NCBI GenBank assembly: GCA_950097015.1
Contig: CATNEN010000025.1
Location: 6,386,001-6,450,000, forward strand
Direction: 5' to 3'
DNA length: 64,000 nt
From: Macrostomum hystrix
Lineage: Eukaryota; Animalia; Platyhelminthes
The notes under the pieces were generated by a model, which was not told where the DNA came from, made no database searches, and was given only the letters and a program-made list of their open reading frames with translations. How positions within the stretch are numbered: the first letter of the stretch is position 1; each line of letters opens with the position of its first letter. Below are positions 35,968-49,005 of this stretch, one piece after another. The position numbers and the translations under genes are program-made.

Positions 35968-37680
35968 CCCTATCCTATAATATCCTATCCTATTCTATCC
36001 TGTCATATTCTATCCTATCCTATAATATCCTATCCAATTCTATCCTATCCTATAATATCCTATCCTATTCTCTCCTATCCTATAATATCCTATCCTATTC
36101 TATCCTGTCATATTCTCTCCTATCCTATAATATCCTATCCAATTCTATCCTATCATATTCTATCCTATCCTATTCTCTCCTATCCTATAATATCCTATCC
36201 AATTCTATCCTATCCTATAATATCCTATCCAATTCTATCCTATCATATTCTATCCTATCCTATTCTCTCCTATCCTATAATATCCTATCCAATTCTATCC
36301 TATCCTATTCTATCCCATCCTATTCTATCCTATCCAATTCTATCCTATCCTATTCTATCCTTTCCTATAATATCCTATCCTATTCTATCCTATCCTATTC
36401 TATCCCATCCTATTCTATCCTATCCAATTCTATCCTATCCTATTCTATCCTATCCTATTCTATCCTATCCTATCCTATCCTATAATATCCTATCCTATCC
36501 TATCCTATCCAATTCAATCCTATCCTATTCTATCCTATCCTATAATATCCTATCCTATCCTATTCTATCCTATTCTATCCTATCCTATCCTATCCTATCC
36601 AATTCAATCCTATCCTATTCTATCCTATCCTATTCTATCCTTTCCTATAATATCCTATCCTATTCTATCCTATCCTATTCTATCCTATCCAATTCTATCC
36701 TATCCTATTCTATCCTATCCAATTCTATCCTATCCTATTCTATCCTTTCCTATAATATCCTATCCTATTCTATCCTATCCTATTCTATCCCATCCTATTC
36801 TATCCTATCCAATTCTATCCTATGCTATTCTATCCTATCCTATTCTATCCTATCCTATCCTATCCTATAATATCCTATCCTATCCTATCCTATCCAATTC
36901 AATCCTATCCTATTCTATCCTATCCTATAATATCCTATCCTATCCTATTCTATCCTATAATATCCTATCCTATCCTATCCTATCCTATAATATCCTATCC
37001 TATCCTATCCTATCCAATTCAATCCTATCCTATTCTATCCTATCCTATAATATCCTATCCTATCCTATTCTATCCTATAATATCCTATCCTATCCTATCC
37101 TATCCAATTCAATCCTATCCTATTCTATCCTATCCTATAATATCCTATCCTATCCTATTCTATCCTATAATATCCTATCCTATCCTATCCTATCCAATTC
37201 AATCCTATCCTATTCTATCCTATCCTATAATATCCTATCCTATCCTATCCTATAATATCCTATCCTATTCTATCCTATCCTATAATATCCTATCCCATTC
37301 TATCCTATCCTATAATATCCTATCCTATTCTATCCTATCCTATAATATCCTATCCTATTCTATCCTATCCTATAATATCCTATCCTATTCTATCCTATCC
37401 TATTCTCTCCTTTCCTATAATATCCTATCCTATTCTATCCTATCCTATTCTATCCCATCCTATTCTATCCTATCCAATTCTATCCTATCCTATTCTATCC
37501 TATCCAATTCTATCCTATCCTATCCTATCCTATCCTATAATATCCTATCCTATTCTATCCTATCCTATAATATCCTATTCTATCCTATCCTATAATATCA
37601 TATCCTATTCTATCCTATCCAATTCTATCCTATCCTATTCTATCCTATCCTATTCTATCCTATCCAATTCTATCCTATCC
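35968..37680. repeat. (TATCC)n-based satellite with TATTC/TATAA/CAATTC variants
   Basis: Directly visible. Confidence 0.95.
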
Positions 37681-38679
37681 TCTTTTTTTCGTATAAAATT
37701 CTTGATACTAAACAATAAAGTCCAATCCGCCCAGACTTTTACAATACTAAAGTTAAATAATCATATCATATTCTGCTTTTATTTTCCTATGATGCCTCAC
37801 TATATTCCCTATAAAAATAATATTAAAAAACAGAATTTTTTGAACTTCGAAATATGAACATGCAAGACTGAACTGATCATATTAAGTCCCATTCGATATG
37901 TCAGTTTGACGCGTCAAAGGGGCCAAAAATAATCGGCACATTGGGTTGCTATGGGCAGGTCTTCGACTCGCTTGAGCAGCCTCACCTGCAATATATCTGT
38001 CATATAGATTTGGGTGTCGAATTACATCGCTAAGCGGTCTCAAGTCCCAATGTCCGCCCCCTGTCTACTCAGGTATGACGGAATAGGGCACTGCAGAACA
38101 GTATAAAGCCCCTAATTATTTTAAAACTTTGTTTAATTAACGGATTAATCACAACTAACTTGCCGATAAAGTGGAAACGAGTTTTTTTTTAAGTTTTTTT
38201 GTAACATTATATAAGTGGTTTATTAATGGCTTACAGTCACTGAGATGTATTCCGAAATTTGTGATTCATAGTGTCAATAAAAATAGTTTTTTTGCCATTC
38301 TCAAAAAAACTATGACAGGATATTTCTACTTGCAGTAGCAGGATCGCGTTCAGAAACGATTTATTTTTTTTTACTGAAAAAAACACAGGATTTTATGCTA
38401 AAATTTGCGAGCGGGCATGCAATACAGTGCAGTGTCGGCCATCAAAGAATATTAAATAATATTGAATGATCCTAACAATATGGGAATTTTGTGAATTGAA
38501 TTTCAGAAAGTAAGGCAGTGCAGCAGCTGGATTCAAACATATTGAAATTTGAGATCTCTTAAAGTGCAAGTATTATGTAGATGTAGCGCGTGCGTCATGA
38601 ATTCATGCGAAGGTGAAAAACACGCGCTTCCTGTCTAACCGCTGTTATAACCCGTAGCACAGCAATTTCAAACGGTAAC

Positions 38680-39560
38680 ACCTCTGTTCTAACAGTTAAC
38701 ACTGCTGTTCTAACAGTTACCACTGCTGTTCTAACAGTTACCACTGCTGTTCTAACAGTTACCACTGCTGTTCTAACAGTTAACACTGCTGTTCTAACAG
38801 TTACCACTGCTGTTCTAACAGTTAACACTGCTGTTCTAACAGTTACCACTGCTGTTCTAACAGTTACCACTGCTGTTCTAACAGTTAACACTGCTGTTCT
38901 AACAGTTAACACTGCTGTTCTAACAGTTAACACTGCTGTTCTAACAGTTAACACTGCTGTTCTAACAGTTAACACTGCTGTTCTAACAGTTAACACTGCT
39001 GTTTTAACAGCTATAACTGCTGTTTTAACAGCTATAACTGCTGTTCTAACAGTTAACACTGCTGTTCTAACAGTTAACACTGCTGTTCTAACAGTTAACA
39101 CTGCTGATCTAACAGTTAACACTGCTGTTCTAACAGTTAACACTGCTGTTCTAACAGTTAACACTGCTGTTCTAACAGTTAACACTGCTGTTTTAACAGT
39201 TAACACTGCTGTTCTAACAGTTAACACTGCTGTTCTAACAGTTAACACTGCTGTTCTAACAGTTAACACTGCTGTTCTAACAGTTAACACTGCTGTTCTA
39301 ACAGTTAACACTGCTGTTCTAACAGTTAACACTGCTGTTCTAACAGTTAACACTGCTGTTCTAACAGTTAACACTGCTGTTCTAACAGTTAACACTGCTG
39401 TTTTAACAGCTATAACTGCTGTTTTAACAGCTATAACTGCTGTTCTAACAGTTAACACTGCTGTTCTAACAGTTAACACTGCTGTTCTAACAGTTAACAC
39501 TGCTGTTCTAACAGTTAACACTGCTGTTCTAACAGTTAACACTGCTGTTCTAACAGTTAA
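38680..39560. repeat. Minisatellite, 21-nt palindromic unit CTGTTCTAACAGTTAACACTG
   Basis: About 42 copies. Confidence 0.95.
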
Positions 39561-39773
39561 GCCTAGTGGTTAGAGCGTCGGTCTCACGACTTGGAAGATC
39601 AAGGGTTCGATTCCCGGCTCCACTGGAGCAATAAGTGTCCGCATCAGTTGGGGTAATTGAGGGTGGGTGTGGCGTCCCCCCAGTCCATGGACTGAACAGC
39701 CGTACGCAGCCTTCAGATGCGCCGCGCAATAGCCGCGGCTGTGCTGTCGGCTGCACATCGGACCCAATTGGGG
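39561..39773 (+). mobile_element. SINE family 1, copy 3 (internal deletion of most of the CORE-like part)
   Basis: A box remnant GCCTAGTGGTTAGAGCG; B box GGTTCGATTCC; tail shared with copy 2. Confidence 0.75.
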
Positions 39774-40374
39774 CAGGTGTAATCAATTTTAAAATGTAGA
39801 AAAATATTTTTTTGGCTTCAGAAATGTGTCGAGCATTTCTTACTAATTTCTTATTGTTACTTTTATAGTTTACAGGGAGAGGACATATTTCGGACAGACA
39901 GGAATTAATTGTAAGAAATTACCGGGCATTGGAGCACTGCAATCAGCGAATTGCATTATTAAGCTTAATCAAACTCGGTGCTGTCTCTCGCATTTATTTC
40001 TAACAAGAGATGAGCTAGACACGCAAATCCCATTCCATAATTAAGAATTCATTCCATATTGGCCAGGGTACAATCGTCACTAAGGATTTCATTCTGTCAT
40101 TTCATTACAGAAGTAATTAGTGCAAATCTTGAGTAGGGTGCTCACAGATAAACAGGCTATGATATTCTTTGTGTCGACAAGTTACTGAGCTACCGCTCCA
40201 GATATTGAGTTCGATGTCTCAATATGGATGGATATTATCAGTTCTCTAAGTACTCTGTAAATTTTTTTCATTTAATCGTGCCCTTTGTTTACTGCAGAAT
40301 TAGATTTACGCATTTCTTCCTTAGAAGTCTATTTTTGTATTTGCTTATACATTTCTTACTTTGATTCCAGTAGT

Positions 40375-40675
40375 CCACATCTTTCTTGCTTCGATTCCAG
40401 AAGTTAATACATACCCTACTTCGATTCCAAAAGTTCACAACTTACTTTGTTCGATTCCCTAAGTCCACACCTTTCTTACTTCGATTCCAAAAGTCCACAC
40501 CTTTCTTGCTTCGATTCCAAAAGTCCACACCTTTCTTACTTCGATTCCAAATGTCCACACCTTTCTTGCTTCGATTCCAAAAGTCCACACCTTTCTTACT
40601 TCGATTCCAAATGTCCACACCTTTCTTGCTTCGATTCCAAAAGTCCACACCTTTCTTGCTTCGATTACAGAAGTT
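40375..40675. repeat. Minisatellite, 30-nt unit CTTTCTTRCTTCGATTCCAAAAGTCCACAC
   Basis: About 10 copies. Confidence 0.9.
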
Positions 40676-41149
40676 GATACATATTTTGTATCTAGGTGTC
40701 TGTTGCAATTCGTATCTAGATGTCCATAGACATTGCTTGTTCTGTTCGTAAGTCCATTAAAAAATGCCTTGCCTAGACAATTTGAGCAGTCTTCTGTCGT
40801 CTAGAGTCAATTACAGGGTCTGCGCACGTGATATTTCGGACAATGGGATGCGGAAATTTCCTTTTTATTTCTCCAAATGACAAATTTGAAAATGGAGTTC
40901 ATCCTGACTTAGGAAACGACAAGTTTCACTGTTCCTTACACCTCAAAATTTATTATTTAAACGGAAATTATATCTTTTTCACTGAGAATCTGTCCCTAGC
41001 AGGCCAAGGTTTTAGTTATCGTTGTCTTTGACGCAAGCAGAAGTGTCACATGCAGATAACTGTGCCCAATTAGGAAATAATAAGACTCACTTCCAGGTCA
41101 TGGCTGCATTGGGTATTTACAAGATGGCACAGTAGCAAGGCTAAAAAGT

Positions 41150-42617
41150 CTACCACACTGACTGCCAGTCTACCCCACTGACTGCCAGTCTACCCCACTG
41201 ACTGCCAGTCTACCCCACTGACTGCCAGTCTACCCAACTGACTGCCAGTCTACCCCACTGACTGCCAGTCTACCCCCATGACTGCCAGTCTACCCCACTG
41301 ACTGCCAGTCTACCCCCATGACTGCCAGTCTACCCCACTGACTGCCAGTCTACCCCACTGACTGCCAGTCTACCCCACTGACTGCAAGTCTACCCCACTG
41401 ACTGCCAGTCTACCCCCATGACTGCCAGTCTACCCCACTGACTGCCAGTCTACCCCCATGACTGCCAGTCTACCCAACTGACTGCCAGTCTACCCCACTG
41501 ACTGCCAGTCTACCCCCATGACTGCCAGTCTACCCCACTGACTGCCAGTCTACCCCCATGACTGCCAGTCTACCCCACTGACTGCCAGTCTACCCTCATG
41601 ACTGCCAGTCTACCCTCATGACTGCCAGTCCACTCCATGACTGCCAGTCTACCCCACTGACTGCCAGTCTACCCTCATGACTGCCAGTCTACCCTCATAA
41701 TTGTCAGTCCACTCCATGACTGCCAGTCTACCCCACAGACTGCCAGTCTACCCCCATGACTGCCAGACACCCCCATGACTGCCAGTCTACCCCCATGACT
41801 GCCAGTCTACCCCACTGACTGCCAGTCTACCCCCATGACTGCCAGTCTACCCCACTGACTGCCAGTCTACCCCACTGACTGCCAGTCTACCCCACTGACT
41901 GCAAGTCTACCCCACTGACTGCCAGTCTACCCCACTGACTGCAAGTCTACCCCCATGACTGCCAGTCTACCCCCATGACTGCCAGTCTACCCAACTGACT
42001 GCCAGTCTACCCCCATGACTGCCAGTCTACCCCACTGACTGCCAGTCTACCCCACTGACTGCCAGTCTACCCCACTGACTGCCAGTCTACCCCACTGACT
42101 GCCAGTCTACCCCCATGACTGCCAGTCTACCCCACTGACTGCCAGTCTACCCAACTGACTGCCAGTCTACCCCACTGACTGCCAGTCTACCCCCATGACT
42201 GCCAGTCTACCCCACTGACTGCCAGTCTACCCCCATGACTGCCAGTCTACCCCACTGACTGCCAGTCTACCCTCATGACTGCCAGTCTACCCTCATGACT
42301 GCCAGTCCACTCCATGACTGCCAGTCTACCCCACTGACTGCCAGTCTACCCTCATGACTGCCAGTCTACCCTCATAATTGTCAGTCCACTCCATGACTGC
42401 CAGTCTACCCCACAGACTGCCAGTCTACCCCCATGACTGCCAGACACCCCCATGACTGCCAGTCTACCCCCATGACTGCCAGACACCCCCATGACTGCCA
42501 GTCCACTCCATGACTGCCAGTCTACCCCACTGACTGCCAGTCTACCCTCATGACTGCCAGTCCACTCCATGACTGCCAGTCTACCCCATGACTGCTAGTC
42601 TACCCCCACTAACTGCC
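41150..42617. repeat. Minisatellite, 20-nt unit ACTGCCAGTCTACCCCACTG
   Basis: About 73 copies, with an internal block duplication. Confidence 0.95.
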
Positions 42618-43002
42618 AGAAGCAGACTTTGACATTATACCGGAGTGTTTGCAGACCACACGGCAACGCCATCTGATGCAGGCCGGGCCATATGAACGAC
42701 AAACTTCTTATCTTTTAACAGTGAGCCCGGGGCGATGACAGGCCTAGATTCGGTGTCAGCGTATATGAAAAATTTCATATTCTACTTACAAGATGCAACG
42801 ACTGTAGAATACCCACCTACTGTTATGAATAAGCAAAACATATGATAATTTATTGACTACAGTATAGATTTCTTGCCGAAATTTGAAGGAACGATGAAAA
42901 TTGCATGGAGATTAAACAGAACACAATGTCAAGCACTTGCAAAATTAATATTCCTTAACAATTTTTTTCGGTGTGCAAAACAGAGTGATAAGGGCAGAGT
43001 GC

Positions 43003-44497
43003 AACAGCCAAAGCACTGACAGAAAGGCAGCGTGCAGTAGCCAAAGCACTGACAGAAAGGCAGCGTGCAGTAGCCAAAGCACTGACAGAAAGGCAGCGTG
43101 CAATAGCCAGAACACTGAAAAGGGCAGCGTGCAATAGCCAAAGCACTGACAGAAAGGCAGCGTGCAATAGCCAAAGCACTGACAGAAAGGCAGCGTGCAA
43201 TAGCCAAAGCACTGAAAAGGGCAGCGTGCAATAGCCAAAGGCAGCGTGCAATAGCCAAAGCACTGACAGAAAGGCAGCGTGCAATAGCCAAAGCACTGAC
43301 AGAAAGGCAGCGTGCAGTAGCCAAAGCACTGACAGAAAGGCAGCGTGCAATAGCCAAAGCACTGACAGAAAGGCAGCGTGCAATAGCCAAAGCACTGACA
43401 GAAAGGCAGCGTGCAATAGCCAAAGCACTGACAGAAAGGCAGCGTGCAACAGCCAAAGCACTGACAGAAAGGCAGCGTGCAATAGCCAAAGCACTGACAG
43501 AAAGGCAGCGTGCAATAGCCAGAACACTGAAAAGGGCAGCGTGCAATAGCCAAAGCACTGACAGAAAGGCAGCGTGCAATAGCCAAAGCACTGACAGAAA
43601 GGCAGCGTGCAATAGCCAAAGCACTGACAGAAAGGCAGCGTGCAATAGCCAAAGCACTGACAGAAAGGCAGCGTGCAGTAGCCAAAGCACTGACAGAAAG
43701 GCAGCGTGCAATAGCCAAAGCACTGAAAAGGGCAGCGTGCAATAGCCAGAACACTGAAAAGGGCAGCGTGCAATAGCCAAAGCACTGACAGAAAGGCAGC
43801 GTGCAATAGCCAAAGCACTGACAGAAAGGCAGCGTGCAATAGCCAAAGCACTGAAAAGGGCAGCGTGCAATAGCCAAAGGCAGCGTGCAATAGCCAAAGC
43901 ACTGACAGAAAGGCAGCGTGCAACAGCCAAAGCACTGACAGAAAGGCAGCGTGCAACAGCCAAAGCACTGACAGAAAGGCAGCGTGCAGTAGCCAAAGCA
44001 CTGACAGAAAGGCAGCGTGCAATAGCCAGAACACTGAAAAGGGCAGCGTGCAATAGCCAAAGCACTGACAGAAAGGCAGCGTGCAATAGCCAAAGGCAGC
44101 GTGCAATAGCCAAAGCACTGACAGAAAGGCAGCGTGCAATAGCCAAAGCACTGACAGAAAGGCAGCGTGCAATAGCCAAAGCACTGACAGAAAGGCAGCG
44201 TGCAATAGCCAAAGCACTGACAGAAAGGCAGCGTGCAATAGCCAAAGCACTGACAGAAAGGCAGCGTGCAATAGCCAAAGCACTGACAGAAAGGCAGCGT
44301 GCAATAGCCAAAGCACTGACAGAAAGGCAGCGTGCAATAGCCAAAGCACTGACAGAAAGGCAGCGTGCAATAGCCAAAGCACTGACAGAAAGGCAGCGTG
44401 CAATAGCCAAAGCACTGAAAAGGGCAGCGTGCAATAGCCAAAGCACTGACAGAAAGGCAGCGTGCAATAGCCAAAAGCACTGAAAAGGGCAGCGTGC
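43003..44497. repeat. Minisatellite, 33-nt unit AAAGCACTGACAGAAAGGCAGCGTGCAATAGCC
   Basis: About 45 copies. Confidence 0.95.
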
Positions 44498-45672
44498 AAA
44501 AGAAATGACAAGGGCATTTAAGCAAGGATTTCAGATGAAAATACTTGTTTTGTGTATTTTCCAGTTGAAAAAAAGTATTTTTAATAATCACATTTAGTTC
44601 CTTACACCATCTCTATTTACGAGCCTGTCAGTCAGTGTTGGACTTGTAAAAATGGAACACGCAATGTTTTCGAGCTGATATATTGCTCGTGTTGTGTGTT
44701 TTTTCATCAAAGCTTTACCCAGCATGAAGTCAGGTTTATTGAGTGAGTATTAAAACTTGTCAAGCAGCAAATAAAGTACTCAACTGTGACTGCTCAATCT
44801 GGACTGAGTTCAACTCAGTCAAAGCAGCAGTTTAATGAAGTCCGCGACTCAAACTCAGGATTATAAGGCGGGTCTCTACTGAGGGTAAGTCTGGCACAGG
44901 CAGCGTAATAATCCCAGATTAATCCCTGGTTCAAAGGCCCCGGATTTGTATAATACCCCGGCTAGATAATTTCCAGTTTTTCAGCATCAACAACTTTCTC
45001 GGCTTGCCTCACTTCCGACTCCAAAAATGTACTTTAAGGACTTTGGTCCAGTCTGTCGCAGACCTAATTATTGTATAATTGTTGCTCTTCGCCATTGGTA
45101 ACTGGTATTAAGCTTACCTTGAACTCACAAATAAGGTCTAAATGTTAGTGCCATGAGAATGATAAGTGCACACTTTATACCTGTAGCTTGCATTGATTTT
45201 GGCGATAAATAATATTATAAAATATGGCTGAGTTTCTGGAATCGGATCACGGCGCCACACCAATTTCTACACCAGGTGATGCTGGTTCTATTTTTTACAA
45301 CCGGATGAAACAGAAGCGATAGGAAATTAGTAAGCCAATTAGTTAGCGTTTTATTTTATTATGCAGTGAACCAGTTCATATTTTTATATGGATTTTTTGT
45401 ACTGTAAATAAAATACAAAAACTGTATTAAAAATGAGAAAATCTAATTCTGGTTGAAGTCTAGTTTCTTTCTTCTGCATCTCCCGAAATATTCAACCAAT
45501 AGCCATAAAAAACCTGAGCTCAAGCTAAAATATTCCGCTCTATCCGATGAAACAACTTTCAGAATCACAAAACATCGGCATCGTCGAGGTATTCAACGAT
45601 TCTCGTCGAGGTGTCTGGTGCCAAAAACTATCAGTTTCATGGTTAAAAAATTTAATTATGTAACCATGTGGG

Positions 45673-46120
45673 TGTCCACAGACAGGGACTGCCTGTCCCT
45701 GGTGTCCACAGACAGGGACTGCCTGTCCCTGGTGTCCACAGACAGGGACTGCCTGTCCCTGGTGTCCACAGACAGGGACTGCCTGTCCCTGGTGTCCACA
45801 GACAGGGACTGCCTGTCCCTGGTGTCCACAGACAGGGACTGCCTGTCCCTGGTGTCCACAGACAGGGACTGCCTTCCCCTGGTATGTCCACAGACACGGA
45901 CTGCCAATCCCTGGTGTGTCCACAGACAAGGACTGCCTTTCCCTGGTGTCCACAGACAGGAACTGCCTGTCTCTGGTGTCCACAGACAGAAACTGCCTAT
46001 CCCTGGTGTCCACAGACAGGGGCTGCCTGTCCCTGGAGTCCACAGACAGGGACTGCCTATCCCTGGTGTCCACAGACAGGGGCTGCCTGTCCCTGGTGTC
46101 CACACTCAGACAGGGACTCT
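45673..46120. repeat. Minisatellite, 30-nt unit CCCTGGTGTCCACAGACAGGGACTGCCTGT
   Basis: About 14 copies; adjacent units form a CAGGGAC/GTCCCTG stem. Confidence 0.9.
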
Positions 46121-46782
46121 AGTCTTTGAATGAATGTAATAACGGATTAAATGACCGCTAGTTTTAGCCCGCAAAATGAAGTGTGTTAAGCAGAAAAAGA
46201 GATTTGAGCATTAAATTAGGGCTTTGTAAATAAAGAGATAAAGAAATAGAAAACATGTATTAAGTGTGTTTAATTAATGTTTCGATAAAAAACTTGTTTG
46301 CAAAACATTTACTACCGATTTATTATTCTAAGAAAATGTAAATAAATATTTTGTTTGAATACTGTTATTATACAGAGAATAATTCACTAATCAGCTGTCG
46401 AAAAACACTTCCTGAGGCTGGGGCGCTGGTCGGTTCCGTCTCGTTTGTTTTTATTGCCCTAATTTAGCTTTCTCGCACGCGCAAAACTTTGTAACTGCAG
46501 TGTGCGTGTGTATGGACTGTACCGTCTTTATTTAACTATTTCATTATCAGCGACTTCCAGCACGTCAAAGAAGCTGGGGGGACACTCTCTGGAAGGGCAG
46601 CTGATCCGCACAGGGCGCTCAACTTGTCGTTTTTTTGTTTAAATGAAATACAACTCACGCGATTGTGTTGACGGAACAACGATGGGTGGGCAGTATTAGA
46701 CAAAAATATCACGAAAAAAACTGATACTCGACCTTTGGATATCGGATATCTGTCGCATAGACCTGTGAAACATGCGAGAATT

Positions 46783-48145
46783 TAGGGACTGGGTGATTTA
46801 GAGACTAGGTGATTTAGGGACTAGGTGATTTAGGGACTAGGTGATTTAGGGACTAGGTGATTTAGGGACTAGGTGATTTAGAGACTAGGTGATTTAGGGA
46901 CTAGGTGATTTAAAGACTGGGTGATTTAGGGACTAGGTGATTTAAAGACTGGGTGATTTAGGGACTAGGTGATTTAGAGACTGGGTGATTTAGGGACTAG
47001 GTGATTTAGGGACCAAGTGATTTAGGGACTAGGTGATTTAGGGACTAGGTGATTTAGGGACTAGGTGATTTAGGGACTAGGTGATTTAGAGACTAGGTGA
47101 TTTAGGGACCAAGTGATTTAGGGACTAGGTGATTTAGAGACTAGGTGATTTAGGGACCAAGTGATTTAGGGACTAGGTGATTTAGGGACTAGGTGATTTA
47201 GGGACTGGGTGATTTAGAGACTAGGTGATTTAGAGACTAGGTGATTTAGGGACTGGGTGATTTAGGGACTGGGTGATTTAGAGACTAGGTGATTTAGAGA
47301 CTAGGTGATTTAGGGACTAGGTGATTTAGGGACTAGGTGATTTAGGGACTAGGTGATTTAGGGACTAGGTGATTTAGAGACTAGGTGATTTAGGGACCAA
47401 GTGATTTAGGGACTAGGTGATTTAGGGACTAGGTGATTTAGAGACTAGGTGATTTAGGGACCAAGTGATTTAGGGACTAGGTGATTTAGGGACTAGGTGA
47501 TTTAGAGACTAGGTGATTTAGGGACTAGGTGATTTAGGGACTAGGTGATTTAGGGACCAAGTGATTTAGGGACTAGGTGATTTAGGGACTAGGTGATTTA
47601 GAGACTAGGTGATTTAGGGACTAGGTGATTTAGGGACTAGGTGATTTAGGGACTAGGTGATTTAGGGACTAGGTGATTTAGGGACTAGGTGATTTAGGGA
47701 CTAGGTGATTTAGGGACTAGGTGATTTAGAGACTAGGTGATTTAGGGACCAAGTGATTTAGGGACTAGGTGATTTAGGGACTAGGTGATTTAGGGACTAG
47801 GTGATTTAGAGACTAGGTGATTTAGGGACCAAGTGATTTAGGGACTAGGTGATTTAGGGACTAGGTGATTTAGGGACTGGGTGATTTAGAGACTAGGTGA
47901 TTTAGAGACTAGGTGATTTAGGGACTGGGTGATTTAGGGACTGGGTGATTTAGAGACTGGGTGATTTAGAGACTGGGTGATTTAGAGACTGGGTGATTTA
48001 GAGACTGGGTGATTTAGGGACTAGGTGATTTAGAGACTAGGTGATTTAGAGACTAGGTGATTTAGGGACTAGGTGATTTAGGGACTAGGTGATATAGGGA
48101 CTAGGTGATATAGGGACTAGGGGATTTAGGGACTAGGGGACTAGG
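46783..48145. repeat. Minisatellite, 16-nt unit GGGACTAGGTGATTTA
   Basis: About 85 copies. Confidence 0.95.
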
Positions 48146-48149
48146 AAAA

Positions 48150-48814
48150 TGTGACTCAGGATTGGGACAGGGACTAGGTTACTCAGGGACTAGGTCACTC
48201 AGGATTGTGATAGGGACTAGGTGACTCAGGATTGAGGCAGGGACTAGGTGACTCAGAATTGAGACAGGGACTAGGTGACTCAGGATTGAGGCAGGGACTA
48301 GGTGACTCAGGATTGAGGCAGGGACTAGGTGACTCAGGATTGGGACAGGGACTAGGTGACTCAGGATTGGGACTGGGACTAGGTGACTCAGGATTGAGAC
48401 AGGGACTAGGTGACTCAGGATTGAGGCAGGGACTAGGTGACTCAGGATTGAGGCAGGGACTAGGTGACTCAGGATTGGGACAGGGACTAGGTGACTCAGG
48501 ATTGGGACTGGGACTAGGTGACTCAGGATTGAGACAGGGACTAGGTGACTCAGGATTGAGGCAGGGACTAGGTGACTCAGGATTGAGGCAGGGATTAGGT
48601 GACTCATGATTGAGACAGGGATTAGGTGACTCAGGATTGGGACAGGGACTAGGTGACTCAGGATTGAGGCAGGGACTAGGTGACTCAGGATTGAGACAGG
48701 GACTAGGTGACTCAGAATTGAGACAGGGACTAGGTGACTCAGGATTGTGATAGGGACTAGGTGACTCAGAATTGAGACAGGGACTAGGTGATTCAGGGAC
48801 TAGGTGACTCAGCA
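48150..48814. repeat. Minisatellite, 27-nt unit GGGACTAGGTGACTCAGGATTGAGGCA
   Basis: About 24 copies; shares a 12-nt core with the adjacent 16-mer. Confidence 0.95.
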
Positions 48815-48854
48815 TCTGCCCTGACTTTCTCATCGTCAGCAGCGTGCACTCTTA

Positions 48855-49005
48855 TGGTGCCTTGGAGGTTGGCCCTCAAGGGCGTAAATTGCAGGACAAG
48901 CCCTTAGACCATCTCTCCGCAGCTGCACCCCAAATAAATGTGGCCTCGCCACGGAATCGAGCTCAGGGACCTCGGTGCGAGAGGCAAACCGCACTGACAC
49001 TTAAC
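48855..49005 (-). mobile_element. SINE family 2 copy
   Basis: Shares the head with 8277-8352, and CAG.TGCGGAGAGA and GGCCAACC.CCAAGGCAC with 55436-55570. Confidence 0.6.

Noticed and set aside
42929-44591. 500-aa Cys-rich minus-strand ORFs
   Set aside because: Derived from the 33-nt satellite
46783-48145. Interstitial telomeric repeat
   Set aside because: TTAGGG occurs only once per 16-nt unit; not a true telomeric tract
28027-48833. Repeat ORFs EQSLG, GDRE, YPILS, VLTVRTA, PESPSPCLN and similar
   Set aside because: Each coincides with a tandem array whose unit is stop-free; no splice or homology support
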